Part shown: in pieces, positions 43,505-55,641 of the stretch
How the letters are laid out: every line of letters starts with the position of its first letter
Position numbering within the stretch: the stretch's first letter is position 1
Source of the DNA: Piromyces finnis finn
Taxonomy: Eukaryota > Fungi > Neocallimastigomycota
Direction: 5' to 3'
Assembly: GCA_002104945.1 (NCBI GenBank)
Contig: MCFH01000065.1
Location: forward strand, 1-64,000
Length of the DNA: 64,000 bases
Program-made: the position numbers and the translations under genes
The notes under the pieces: generated by a model
Database searches by the model: none
Told to the model about the DNA's origin: nothing
What the model saw: the letters and a program-made list of their open reading frames with translations, nothing else

Positions 43505-44396
43505 CTTGAGTTTTAACGAAGGGCATTCTGTTAAGGAATGAACATAAATAGTTGAATTAGCTAGAATTTTAGGAATTAACCTTCAACTATTTATATTCCT
43601 TACTAGTGTTTAACTCTATTTTTAAAATATAAAAATTATAATATATAATTTTTATACATTTTTCTAGTAATTATTCATATTTTTATTATATAGTTATATT
43701 ATTTGTATATAGTTATTTAAGACCTTTATTATTAGTATTAGTATAATTACTTATAATATTTTATACTTATAAATTTTACAAAATTTTATTATTAAAATAG
43801 TTATAGGAATTTTATTATTATTTAAGGTTTATTTTATTAATTAACTTTATTGTATAATATTTTATAATTTGAAATTATGACATAGAATTTAATTATAATT
43901 TTTACTAAAAGAGGCAACTGTTACACACAAAACAGAAGATACCTCGACAGAAAAATTATTATTTATGTCTAAAAAAGGGCATAATTAATTGAATAATATA
44001 ATTTTATTATATGTCATAATTAAATATATAATATATGATATGCAAAAATGTTACACATATCATAAATTAAAATTTTATTAATTATAAATTAAAAATTTTT
44101 CTATTCAAATATTAAGAGATTATTCATAATATATATTAAGGATTTAATTAATATATGTTACAGTGAATGATCCATATATTATGAATGAAATCAATTTAAA
44201 TCCTTAGCTATCCAAAACCATTAAATTTCAAATAATGGATAGTTGGAAAAAGTACGAGGATTTTTGAGAAAATTTTTAAAAATTGAAAAATCAAAAATAA
44301 ATTAAATGAATAAAAATTAAAATTAAATAAATTTTTATTTTTATAACTATTCAAGTGTTTTGTGATATCTTATTTGAACCGTAGCAATTCATTACA

Positions 44397-44505
44397 GTGG
44401 CCTCAAATTTTTCATCTCGTATTTGTGGCTTGATAATGCAGTATGGAGTGTTGCATCGATTAATGTATTTTGTGTTAATGATGCCAAAACTAAGTAATAG
44501 ATTCT
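44397..44505 (-). pseudogene. Continuation of the copia RT upstream of the A insertion
   Basis: The minus strand reads KNLLLSFGIINTKYINRCNTPYCIIKPQIRDEKFEAT, contiguous with MYKSALGSLIYL at 31158. Confidence 0.8.
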
Positions 44506-45075
44506 TGTAATGGTGACACAGAAAGAATAGATTAGGATATCTATTCTATTACAATAACACTAAATTTAAAATAAAAAATAAAAATTGGTTTATTAAAAAA
44601 ATATCTTTTATTATAATAGAAATTTTATTAATAACAATTACATTGATAAAATGATGAAAAATATCTTCTATTTATATTTTTCCTAAATACATTTATATTA
44701 TATAATAACTATTTATTTAAAATATATTATTATTTAAAACCTATACTAAAATATTAATTATTAATAAAATATTTAAACTATAATTATTTTAGTAAAATTA
44801 AATAGGCAATTCAAATCAAATACTATTCAATTTGAATATGTGCCCATGTATTATTGATATATTAATCATTTATTATTTATCTATTTCTATAAAAAAACAA
44901 TACTAAAACTAGGGATTTAAATTGAGAATATTAATTTACTTGTTAAACATTAAAGATAAATTAATAATTTATTTTGTTTTAAACTTTAATTATTAATAAA
45001 TAAATTATGTCTCATTTTCTTTTTCTGTAATATAAATTGTGTAACTTTAACAAGTGCTTAAGTTACATTAAAGAT
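44506..45075 (-). mobile_element. D-family (L-type) LTR, truncated by a 23-bp F-like LTR stub at 45076-45098
   Basis: Colinear with 60081-60684 from TGTAATG.TGACACAG to GTTACATTAAAGAT, then TGTAAAAGAAATGTGTTCTTAAC, which resembles the F LTR tip. Confidence 0.75.
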
Positions 45076-45141
45076 TGTAAAAGAAATGTGTTCTTAACTG
45101 TAATGCTGACACAGAAAGAATAGATTAGGATATCTATTCTA

Positions 45142-46502
45142 TGTAAAGATATCAAGCGCCTCTGTTTGATATCTTTAATGTAACTTAAGCCACAAGTATT
45201 ATTGTTTAAGTTACACAAATTATATTCAGAAAAAGAAAATGAGACATAATTTATTTATTAATAATTAAAGTTTAAAACAAAATAAATTATTAATTTATCT
45301 TTAATGTTTAACAAGTAAATTAATATTCTCAATTTAAATCCCTAGTTTTAGTATTGTTTTTTTATAGAAATAGATAAATAATAAATGATTAATATATCAA
45401 TAATACATGGGCACATATTCAAATTAAATAGTACTTAATTTGAATTGCCAATTGTATTTTACTAAAAATAGTTTGTAAAGATATAATATATATCTTTAGA
45501 TTATTTAATAATTAACTATTAATTATTAAATAATAAATTAATATTTATTAAAATTAACTATGAAATTTTTAATATTCAATGGAATAATTTAATAATAAAT
45601 TATTTTATAATAATTCCGTCAAAATTAAATAAAGATAAATATTTAAATTTAAGGAACAAAAGAATCTTAATTAAATTTAAATATTTCAAATATTTTAAAT
45701 ATTCATAATAACTTTAAATACTTTTTATTTAATTTTAGAATAGTTTAATAATAATATACTTTCTTATTTAAATTTAGAATAGTTTAATAATTTTAACTGA
45801 GTTTTAAAAATAGATGTGTTTATATTTCAATAGGAAATATATTAAGAATAGTATTGATAATATTAAATTAATTTATAGATAATACCTGAGCTTTATTCAA
45901 TTTTGAGTTTACTCAAATTAAATTAAAAGTATAATGAATTAGTTTTAGTTTAGTTTTATTATTTTATTATTTAATTAGATTAGTTTTGTTTATTTTATAT
46001 TAAATATATGTTTATTTAAATAGAATAATATATTAGAATATAATTATGAAAAAATATAAATACATGTAAATTTTATCAATTGAATCGATGTAATTGTTAT
46101 TTTATTTCTAACCATTAATATAGAAGATAATTTTTAAAAAAAAGAAACTCCTATTTTTATTTTATCGTGTGTTTAATTGTTTTATTGTTAAATATAAAAT
46201 CTGTTTTAAGATTAATATTTTACATAGTTATAGTTTAAATATTTATTAATAATTAAGATTTTAGTGTAGATTTTAAATAATAATATATAAGAAATAAATA
46301 GTTATAATATAATATAAATGTATTTAGGAAAAATATAAATAGAAGATATTTTTCATCATTTTATCGATGTAATTGTTATTATTAAAATTCTATTATAATA
46401 AAAGATATTTTATAAAACAATTTTTTATTTTATTTTTCAAATTTTTGTGTTATTGTAATAGAATAGATATCCTAATCTATTCTTTCAGTGTTCAACATTA
46501 CA
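45142..46502 (+). mobile_element. Inverted D-family solo LTR inside D's 3' LTR; TSD TTCTA
   Basis: Reverse complement of 60081-60684; TTCTA at 45137-41 and 46503-07. Confidence 0.88.
45474..46224 (+). mobile_element. X-family solo LTR (751 bp) nested in the previous solo LTR; TSD TAGTT
   Basis: TGTAAAGATAT...TTTTACA; TAGTT at 45469-73 and 46225-29. Confidence 0.88.
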
Positions 46503-47117
46503 TTCTATTACAATAACACCAAGTTTAAAATAAAAAATAAAAATTGTTTTATTAAAAAATATCTTTTATTATAATAGAAATTTTAATAATAACAATTACA
46601 TCGATAAAATGATGAAAAATATCTTCTATTTATATTTTTCCTAAATACATTTATATTATATTATAACTATTTATTTCTTATATATTATTATTTAAAATCT
46701 AAACTAAAATCTTAATTATTAATAAATATTTAAACTATAACTATTTTTAGTAAGATACAATTGGCAATTCAAATTAAGTACTATTCAATTCGAATATGTG
46801 CCCATGTATTATTGATATATTAATCATTTATTATTTATATATTATTTATCTATTTCTATGAAAAAACAATACTAAAACTAGGGATTTAAATTGAGAATTT
46901 TAATTTACTTGTTAAACATTAAAAATAAACTAATAATTTATTTTGTTTTAAACTTTAATTATTAATAAATAAATTATGTCTCATTTTCTTTTTCTGAATA
47001 TAATTTGTGTAACTTAAACAATAATACTTGTGGCTTAAGTTACATTAAAGATATCAAGCTGAGGCGTTTGATATCTTTACAATCTCTCTCTCTAAGTCGA
47101 GCTCCTGCGAGATTAAT

Positions 47118-48734
47118 TTATATAGAATCCTTTCTCGAAGGAATTTCAATTACAAATGGTTGGTATCTGTGCTTGATTAGATTACCAGCTTTATTCTTTC
47201 TAATTTTCATGGAGGAGTCGTTCGACTTATGTTTTGACTTTTTAGAGTTTCTTTTAAACTCTTGTATTAATTGTTTATCTGGAATCTGATCTTCCGAAAT
47301 CCAAGTGGATTTGTCAAATCCTTTCCACGATGAATTATAAAATGTTTCACCATTAACAGATTTCATCTTCTCAATTTTCTCTGGATTTTTTTCAATCAAA
47401 TCTGTGTTAAGGTGAATGTTCCTCTTCCTACGATTAGACCTATCGTTAAACTCGTTTTCAAAGTATGGTTCTAACAATGAGACATGAAAGACTGGATGAC
47501 ATCTCATTGTCTTTGGAAGTTTCAATTTGAAAGCGAGAGAACTAACTTTTTCAATTATCTCAAATGGACCAAGCATTTGAGGTGCTAATTTTTTCTTTAA
47601 GTTAGTTCCAGGAGAATCTTTCAATAACCATACTTTCTTTCCCACTTCGAACTCCGGGGGACTCATTCTTTTCATATCGGCATATTTCTTATATGTTTCT
47701 TTTGCTTTTTCTAAATTTTCTTTTAATAATTTAAAGTTTTCATTCATATCAATTACTCTTTGTTCAGCTCTACTAGGTCTATCATTAGCTGGAATTTCTA
47801 AGCTGAACTTTAGATGAAAACCATAATTAGCAAAGAATGGCGATTGATTTATAGATTGTTGTAAAGTATTGTTATATGCAAATTCAGCAAATGGGATAAG
47901 ATCAACCCAGTTATTCTGCTTTTTATTTATAAAACAACGGAAATATTGTTCTAATATGCCGTTCACCCTCTCCGTTTGACCATCTGTCTGCGGATGGTTG
48001 GCAGTTGATAATGAATGATTGATATTAAGAAGGTCACAAAGTTTTGACCAAAAATCAGAAGTAAATTGCGAGCCTCTATCAGAGATGATGGAATCAGGAA
48101 GACCATGCAAACGGAAGACATTAGCAATAAAAGCATCAGCAGCAATCGAAGCGGTAGGAAGACAACGTAAAGGAATGGCGTGAGCAAATTTAGTAAATCT
48201 ATCGACAACAACCATGAGAGTTGTCATATCTCTGGACTTAGGAAGATCAACAATAAAATCAATAGAAATATCAGACCAGGGCCTACTGAGAGTGACCAAA
48301 GGGGATAACAATCCATAAGGCTTATGTCTGGGGACTTTGGATTTGCAACAAGTCACGCAAGATTTGATAAAAGATTTAACATTTGAATGAAATCTTGGCC
48401 ACCAAAAGTTTCTATAAATCAGTTCAGTGGTTTTCTTAATACCGAAATGACCAGCAGCAACAGAATCATGATGAAGTTCCAAAACTCTTGTCCTAAGAGA
48501 TTTAGGAACATAAATAAGATTATTATATAACAAAAATCCTTCATTATCAATAATAACTTTATCAATATTTTTAATAGGTACATTACATGCAGAACCATTC
48601 ATTTTAAATTGGACAATAGAATTATACAAATCGTCATTTTTAAGTTCTAATAAAATAGAATCGATTAACGGTTTGTTATCGCTATGATGAAGCGAAATAG
48701 TAAGACAAAAAACATCAGAATTAATATTATTCAC
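47118..48734 (-). pseudogene. pol: Element D integrase and degenerate chromodomain
   Basis: HHDSVAAGHFG..CVTC, IDFI/SDRG/ERVN, LGPFEI, NPEKIEKMKSVNGETFYNSSWKGFDKSTWISE. Confidence 0.85.
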
Positions 48735-49389
48735 TAAATGGTCACTTCTACGAGACAGGATATCAGGCTTACCTGATTTCTTTCCAGCTCTATAAATGAG
48801 TTTAAAATCAAATCTGGATAAGAATAAATTCCATCTAATTTGTCACTGAGCTAGCATTTCAGGTTTTCTAGGAAATGTTAAATTCTTGTGATCAGTATAA
48901 ATTATGAACGGATGGCGTGCACCTTCTAAATAATGACGCCATTCTTCAAGAGCAACTATAATAGCTAAAAGTTCCTTGTCATATATAGGATAGTTTCTTT
49001 GACAACTCGTCAAACTTTTAGAAAGAAATGCAATAGGATGTAATCTGCTGTAAAGAAATGTGTCTTTAACAATAAAACAAATTATAATATTTACTAAATA
49101 ACTTAGTAATATTAACACTTTAAAATATTCTGTAAATTATTAATTTATAAAAATATCATTAAAAACACATAGAATTTAACTTAATAAGTTAGTGTTTAAT
49201 AATATAATTATTTATTAATAAAATCTCGATTCTTTAAAATATTTGGGAAAATTCACTCGTATTTATACTAAAAATTTTTTAAATTAATTTATAAAATTTT
49301 TTCAACTTAAAATTCTTAACCAATCAATAATCTTCATATAAAATAAAATTTAAAAATAAAATAAAATAAAATAAAATTATAATTTTTTT

Positions 49390-49462
49390 AAAATAGTATC
49401 TATGAGGTCTCGAACTAGTGTCATTCAGACTCAAAGTCTTAGCTACTAACCACTAAGACAAT
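49390..49462 (-). other. tRNA-Gln(TTG)-like Pol III cassette in the 3' LTR of F
   Basis: TTGTCTTAGTGGTTAGTAGC-TAAGA-CTTTGAG-TCTGA-ATGAC-ACTAG-TTCGAGA-CCTCA..TATTTT: A-box, anticodon arm, 5-nt variable loop, B-box and T-tract. Confidence 0.65.
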
Positions 49463-49793
49463 TTAGTTATTTCTAGTATTCGTTACATGGTCCTCCTCCA
49501 GGATTCGGATACCAGACGAATCTAGAATTTTAATATTTAAATATATGTTTTTCTTTTTTAATAAACTAAACTAAGGAGTGAATTTTCTTAATTATAAAAA
49601 TACATTTAATATAATAAAATACATTTTTTTTTAATATTACTAAAGTTAAAAATAAAATATTGATAAATTTGATATTAATAAATTGTTTAATAATAAAATT
49701 GATATTGATAATGATATTAATAAGTTTTGATAATAATAATAATTGTGATTTTAATATTAATAATAAATATAATTTGAATTTTTTAACTATTTT

Positions 49794-52700
49794 TTATTTC
49801 TTTCTATTAAATTTTTTAAGTAGCCCCTTGCAATTTAGATTTTCTTCAGGCTCCCACGAAGCTTCATTAATTGAATACCCTTTCCATTTAATCAGGTATT
49901 GTATTTTTCCGTAATGTCTTCTTTTATCCAGAATTTCTTCAACTTCGTATTCTTCTTCATTGTCAACGGTAATAGGTGGCGGTGGTGGTTGAGATCTTCC
50001 AAATTTATCTTCGACATATTTCTCGAGATTGGATACATGAATAACTGGATGAATCTTAATAGATTTTGGGAGACTTAATTTAAATGTAACATTTGATATT
50101 TTTTCCAAGATTTTGTATGGGCCGAGTTTTCTTGGCTTAAATTTTTTATTTCCTTTGTGGATAATTAAAGAACTATCCAGCCAAACTTTAAAATTCGGAG
50201 CTTCTTTTCTACGTTTGTCAGCATGCTTCTTCTGGGTTTCCATGGCAGATTTTAAATTTTCTTTTAAGGTATTAATTAAAGTTTTAAAATCTCTTGTAAA
50301 CTCTTCTGCTCTTGGGACTTTAGATAAGTCTGGAATAACTGGTGAATATTTTGGATGAAAGCCGTAATTCAAAAAGAATGGAGAAAATTTGGATGATTCT
50401 TGAACCACGTTGTTATAACTAAATTCTGCAAGACTAAGAAAACTTTTCCAATTTGAACCTTTATAATTTGAGAAACATCTTAAATATTGTTCTATAACGG
50501 AGTTCACCCTCTCCGTCTGACCGTTTGATTGATGATGAAATGGAGTAGACAACTTAAGTTCAATGCCAAGGGAGGAACAGATGGATTGGAAGAATTTAGA
50601 AGTAAATTGAGAACCTCTATCCGAGACAATAGATTCAGGTAGGCCATGAAAACGGAAAATATTATCAATAAAGGCTGTGGCTGTTTCGGCGGCGGAAGGA
50701 ATACTTTTGAACGGAATGAGATGAACCATTTTTGTAAGACGATCAACAACAACAAGAATGCAAGTGAAACCAGAAGATGAAGGCAAATCTGTAATGAAAT
50801 CCATTGAAATGGATGACCAAGGACGCTCAGCAATATCAAGAGGATTCAGAAGACCATAAGGTTTATGACGAAAGGTTTTTGAACGACAACAAACTTCACA
50901 AGAACGAACGTAGTCTTTAACATCAGAAGAAATAGAAGGCCACCAGAAGTCTCTAGCAATAAGAGAAGATGTTTTCTTTATTCCGAAATGACCAGCTGAA
51001 GGAGAGTCGTGACAGAGTTTAAGAATTGAAAGACGACAATTTGGAGGAACATAGATTCTGTCAGTAAAAAGGAGAAAACTATTGCTTAAGGAAAATTTGT
51101 CAATTTGAGGGTGAGGTATTGGAGGTTTCCTACAATCAAGATATTCACAGATTTTATTGTAAAAGTCATCATTTATATATTCGGAAAGAAAAGAATCACT
51201 AATGGACGAAACAGAAGTCACAATGGCACAAAAGTTTTCAGGGCGAAGAACATTAAAAGGAACATCAGAAGAGGAATTCGAATTGATAGCATAATCAGGA
51301 CGACGAGATAGAGCATCAGGCTTACCGTTAGAAGAACCAGAACGATAAATAATAACAAAGTTAAATTCAGAGAGAAACAAAGCCCAGCGAACAAGACGTT
51401 GAGACATTTTTTCAGGTTTCTTTTGATAGAGTAAATTTCGATGATCCGAGTAAATCTTAAAAGTAGAAGAAGAGCCTTTAAGTAGATGACGCCATGTTTC
51501 AAGAGCAGCAACGATAGCTACGAGCTCTTTATCATATATTGGATAATTACGTTCAGGACCAGTAAGAGAGCGAGAAAAGAAAGCAACTGGATGGGTCATA
51601 TTATCAATTGGAGAGACTTGCGAGAGAATAGCACCAATGGCAAAGTTACTTGAATCAGTTTCGACTATGAATGGAAGTTCACGATTAGGAAATATAAGAA
51701 CAGGAGCAGAAACAAATAAGGACTTGAGTGAATCGAAAGCATCTTGAGCTTCTTTAGACCATACAAATTTAACATTTTTCTTCAAAAGTTTATGCAAAGG
51801 ATGAGCGATCTTTGCAAAATTTGGAATAAATCGACGGTAGTAGTTCGCAAGACCAAGAAAAGATTGAACCTCTTTAACATTAGATGGAGTAGGCCAGTTT
51901 AAAATAGAAGAAACTTTATTTGGGTCCATGTGAATACCATCAGTAGAAATCCTATGACCAAGGAAATCAATAAAAGAAACAAAAAACTCGCATTTTTCCA
52001 ATTTAGCATAGAGCCCAGCATCCCTCAGGAGTTTCAAAACAGTTTTGACATGAGAAATATGAGATTTATAATCAGAGGAAAAAATAATAATATCATCTAT
52101 GTAAGAGAAAGCGAATTTACCAAGAACGTCTTCAAGAACATCATTAATGAAATGTTGAAAAACAGCAGGTGCATTTTTCAACCCAAAAGGCATCACACAG
52201 TATTCAAAATGACCTAACTTGCAAGTAAAAGCGGTTTTATATTCATCACCACTTTTAATCCTGACCAAGTTATAGGCAGAACGAAGATCCAATTTTGAGA
52301 AAATCTTCCCTTTTCCAAGATGTTCAAGCATATCTTGTATAAGAGGAAGGGGATAAGAATCACGAATAGTTATGGAGTTTAATTGGCGATAGTCAACACA
52401 CATACGAAGTTGACCGTTTTTCTTAGGTACAAACAGAATAGGAGCTCCCGCAGGCGATTTTGATTTTCTAATAAATCCTTTCTTGAGATTTTCTTTTATA
52501 TATTCTTCTAAAGCAATTGATTCGGTTTCTGTTAGAGGATAAATCGGTCCATAAAACAGTTTTGAATTTTCTTTGAGTTTTATTTCACAATCGTATGGAC
52601 GGTGTGGAGGAAGTTTTTCAGCATTAGATTCATTGAAGACATCAGCAAAGTCAGAGAGAACATCCGGAAGTATAATAGAAGAATTGGGTTCTGATTTAGA

Positions 52701-54224
52701 GTTTGAATCGGATTTGAGAATAGAATTGGATTGAATATTAGAATCAGAAAAAGAAGTCAAAACAGAAGTTGGTTCTTGATTTGAGAGAGACGAAGTAGAA
52801 AAGTTAACAGAAGACTTCTTAGAAACAGAATTGTTAATATTTTTTGAAGAACCCGAACAGAGAATAGTACAAGTACGATTAGTTTCGTTTTGAGATTGGA
52901 TGTTTTGTTTATCGACAAATATAGGGTAAGCGAATGAATCATGCGGAGGTTCGTAGGAAGGATCTTCCATTGCAGGAAAAGCAGATCTTTCTTCAGGAAA
53001 TTCAGAGACATTATTGGAGAGTGTTATACAACGATTATAACAGTAATCGGATACAAATGAAATTTTGTTCTTTGTGAAATCGATAGAAGGATTGTGTTCT
53101 TTAAGCCAGTCTATTCCAAGAATACAAGGATAATAAGGTAGATCAGTTACATAGAATTGTGTTCGACAGAGATGATCTTTGTAGCGAAGATTCAAAGGAG
53201 ATGTAATTCCAAAAAGAGATTGTCGACCACCGATACCAACGATATTTGGGAGGTTACCATCATCATGATAAGGAATGTTATTATCGTTACAGTAATCTAC
53301 ATCAATTAAATTAAGTTTGGATCCTGAGTCAATAAGAATATCCGTATTTAGTTCATAAGAAAGTTTAAATTTAGTTGTCATTTTATTATGAGTTTTGTTT
53401 TCTTCTTTAGGAGCGGATATAAGTGTGGGAATAGATATTAGTGAAGGATTTTCACGATCTTTATTCTTTCTTTTTGGACAATTATTAATCTTATGACTTG
53501 AAGCACCACAATACACACAAAGATTTTCTTTCTTTCTTCTTTCCTTTTCTTCGTTTGAGATAGGGCCATGGTTATTCCTGTTTGTAATGGACTTTGTTAT
53601 TTTTGAAGAGTGATGAAAAGATCTTTTCTTTCGGTTTTGGTCATTGTTTGAACCAGAAGGGAAAAAGGTATGGTGTGTAGATAATCTTGAATCGATTCTT
53701 GAAGCAATAGTCTGTAATGAAAGAAGATCCCTAGGACCCGGAAACATTTCCAAAATACGAACTGCAACTTGTTGATTAAGGCCAGCTATAAATGCATCCA
53801 TTTTGGCTTGTTCATTCCAGTTTGATTCATCAGCATAGCGGTTAAATTCCAAGATATAGCCTCTAATTCCTCCTAATCGGCGTTGTTTTAAGGTTCTAAG
53901 CATTTGATTTGCAACATAGGTAGCATCGTTATAACCATAAAAAGCCTTAAATCTGTCAACAAAAGCTTGGTAGTTATTAAGACACGGATCATGGTTGTTT
54001 ATAAGAGTAGCAGCCCAATTCATAGCGTCCCCATAAAGTCTTGATATTATATAGAGAATTTTGGTTGCGTCGTCTTGATACCGTTCAGGATATAGCATAA
54101 ACACTAGCTCCACCTTAGCTAAGAAACCCTTCAGATACCTGCGATCCCCTGCAAAACCATCCTTAAGAGTTGCGTTTTCGAAAATATTATTATTATCCAT
54201 GTGGTTGTTTTCGTTCTCTTCCAT
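49794..54224 (-). CDS. gag-pol: Element F single-ORF Gag-Pol with C-terminal chromodomain (1476 aa)
   Basis: [102 protein letters not shown]; no stops. Confidence 0.95.
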   Translation of the reverse strand: MEENENNHMDNNNIFENATLKDGFAGDRRYLKGFLAKVELVFMLYPERYQDDATKILYIISRLYGDAMNWAATLINNHDPCLNNYQAFVDRFKAFYGYNDATYVANQMLRTLKQRRLGGIRGYILEFNRYADESNWNEQAKMDAFIAGLNQQVAVRILEMFPGPRDLLSLQTIASRIDSRLSTHHTFFPSGSNNDQNRKKRSFHHSSKITKSITNRNNHGPISNEEKERRKKENLCVYCGASSHKINNCPKRKNKDRENPSLISIPTLISAPKEENKTHNKMTTKFKLSYELNTDILIDSGSKLNLIDVDYCNDNNIPYHDDGNLPNIVGIGGRQSLFGITSPLNLRYKDHLCRTQFYVTDLPYYPCILGIDWLKEHNPSIDFTKNKISFVSDYCYNRCITLSNNVSEFPEERSAFPAMEDPSYEPPHDSFAYPIFVDKQNIQSQNETNRTCTILCSGSSKNINNSVSKKSSVNFSTSSLSNQEPTSVLTSFSDSNIQSNSILKSDSNSKSEPNSSIILPDVLSDFADVFNESNAEKLPPHRPYDCEIKLKENSKLFYGPIYPLTETESIALEEYIKENLKKGFIRKSKSPAGAPILFVPKKNGQLRMCVDYRQLNSITIRDSYPLPLIQDMLEHLGKGKIFSKLDLRSAYNLVRIKSGDEYKTAFTCKLGHFEYCVMPFGLKNAPAVFQHFINDVLEDVLGKFAFSYIDDIIIFSSDYKSHISHVKTVLKLLRDAGLYAKLEKCEFFVSFIDFLGHRISTDGIHMDPNKVSSILNWPTPSNVKEVQSFLGLANYYRRFIPNFAKIAHPLHKLLKKNVKFVWSKEAQDAFDSLKSLFVSAPVLIFPNRELPFIVETDSSNFAIGAILSQVSPIDNMTHPVAFFSRSLTGPERNYPIYDKELVAIVAALETWRHLLKGSSSTFKIYSDHRNLLYQKKPEKMSQRLVRWALFLSEFNFVIIYRSGSSNGKPDALSRRPDYAINSNSSSDVPFNVLRPENFCAIVTSVSSISDSFLSEYINDDFYNKICEYLDCRKPPIPHPQIDKFSLSNSFLLFTDRIYVPPNCRLSILKLCHDSPSAGHFGIKKTSSLIARDFWWPSISSDVKDYVRSCEVCCRSKTFRHKPYGLLNPLDIAERPWSSISMDFITDLPSSSGFTCILVVVDRLTKMVHLIPFKSIPSAAETATAFIDNIFRFHGLPESIVSDRGSQFTSKFFQSICSSLGIELKLSTPFHHQSNGQTERVNSVIEQYLRCFSNYKGSNWKSFLSLAEFSYNNVVQESSKFSPFFLNYGFHPKYSPVIPDLSKVPRAEEFTRDFKTLINTLKENLKSAMETQKKHADKRRKEAPNFKVWLDSSLIIHKGNKKFKPRKLGPYKILEKISNVTFKLSLPKSIKIHPVIHVSNLEKYVEDKFGRSQPPPPPITVDNEEEYEVEEILDKRRHYGKIQYLIKWKGYSINEASWEPEENLNCKGLLKKFNRKK

Positions 54225-55456
54225 AGTACTTATGATGTTTTCTTTAATAAGCTTTAATAAATTTGTAAAAATAATAGAATAAAGTATTTAATTATATTTA
54301 TTAATTGAGTAAATCTTTTTATTAAATAATAATACAAACCAGATTATATAGTGTTAAACCATCAAATATATAACCTGTTTTATTCTTTATAATAAGTCCT
54401 TCGTAGCTCTTCACGATAACACGTATAAAGTCGATTGTTAATATTAATTAAATTAATAAAAGAAAGGAACGGTGTAAAAATTTTTTTTAGTGTCTAACTT
54501 ATTGTTAGCAATAAAAATTATTACAGGTTTTCTTTCCCTATATCAACCTTATCCGAACGTAGAAGTATTATGTATAAGAGTTTAACTTCTCACGCTAAAG
54601 GAGTTATAAAGAATATTATTTTATTTTATTACAATTTTAATAAATTGTCTTAACAATTAATAATTATAATTAAAAATTAGAAATTGTTTTATTAGAAAAC
54701 TTAATTTTAAAATGTATTAATTAAGAAATATTATTTTATTAAAGTAAGGCATTTCCGGCTATTTTCCGGTCTATAATCAAACAGCAAAAGATAGTATACA
54801 ACTATAAATCTCACGCCAGCTTGCTTATTACAGCGTCTTGTACGTGGTGTACCTCGGATTCTCCTACTTCCTTATTCAAAGTAGAATAGCTCAGAGCCTG
54901 CCAACCCAATTATTGTACAGGTTAAACTCGATCCCGTTAATCTTTTACTTTTTATAGTTTGAATTATATACCGCTTCTAAAGCGTACTAATTCTACTACT
55001 TTAAGTAAAAATATTTCTTTAAAGAAAAGCTTCAACAATAAAACTTAAAAGTTTTATCTATAACAATTCCTTAAACACTAAGGTATTAAGCTTTTATATT
55101 ATAAGGAGATTTTATTGTAAAGAAATGTGTCTTTAACAATAAAACAAATTATAATATTTACTAAATAACTTAGTAATATTAACACTTTAAAATATTCTGT
55201 AAATTATTAATTTATAAAAATATCATTAAAAACACATAGAATTTAACTTAATAAGTTAGTGTTTAATAATATAATTATTTATTAATAAAATCTCGATTCT
55301 TTAAAATATTTGGGAAAATTCACTCGTATTTATACTAAAAATTTTTTAAATTAATTTATAAAATTTTTTCAACTTAAAATTCTTAACCAATCAATAATCT
55401 TCATATAAAATAAAATTTAAAAATAAAATAAAATAAAATAAAATTATAATTTTTTT

Positions 55457-55529
55457 AAAATAGTATCTATGAGGTCTCGAACTAGTGTCATTCAGACTCA
55501 AAGTCTTAGCTACTAACCACTAAGACAAT
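55457..55529 (-). other. tRNA-Gln(TTG)-like Pol III cassette in the 5' LTR of F
   Basis: Identical copy of 49390-49462. Confidence 0.65.
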
Positions 55530-55641
55530 TTAGTTATTTCTAGTATTCGTTACATCTGCCATCAAATTCTTGAGAGAGAATAGCACCGACAGCATAATTA
55601 CTAGCATCAGTTTCTACAATAAATTGTTTATTACTATCCGC

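Larger units (their letters stand above)
37354..44386 (+). mobile_element. Gypsy element B, full length and apparently intact, nested 6 bp from the tip of A's 5' LTR; TSD ATTC
   Basis: LTRs 37354-38211 and 43529-44386 (858 bp each, no differences seen by eye), TG...CA ends. ATTC at 37350-53 and 44387-90. Confidence 0.95.
31164..44396 (-). mobile_element. Gypsy element A (chromovirus type, inactive) inserted in the copia RT; TSD GTGGC
   Basis: LTRs 31164-31685 and 36838-37353 plus 44391-44396 (522 bp each, about 8 differences by eye). GTGGC at 31159-63 and 44397-401. Copia RT reads through (EKFEAT|MYKSALG) once A is removed. Confidence 0.92.
49049..55554 (-). mobile_element. Gypsy element F (chromovirus type), intact and recent; TSD TCTGC; inserted in D's RNase H
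   Basis: LTRs 49049-49487 and 55116-55554 (439 bp each, identical by eye); TCTGC at 49044-48 and 55555-59. Confidence 0.96.

Noticed and set aside
49390-49462. Calling the LTR cassettes functional tRNA genes
   Set aside because: Acceptor and T stems do not pair and the anticodon loop is degenerate in A. Reported as tRNA-like promoter cassettes only.
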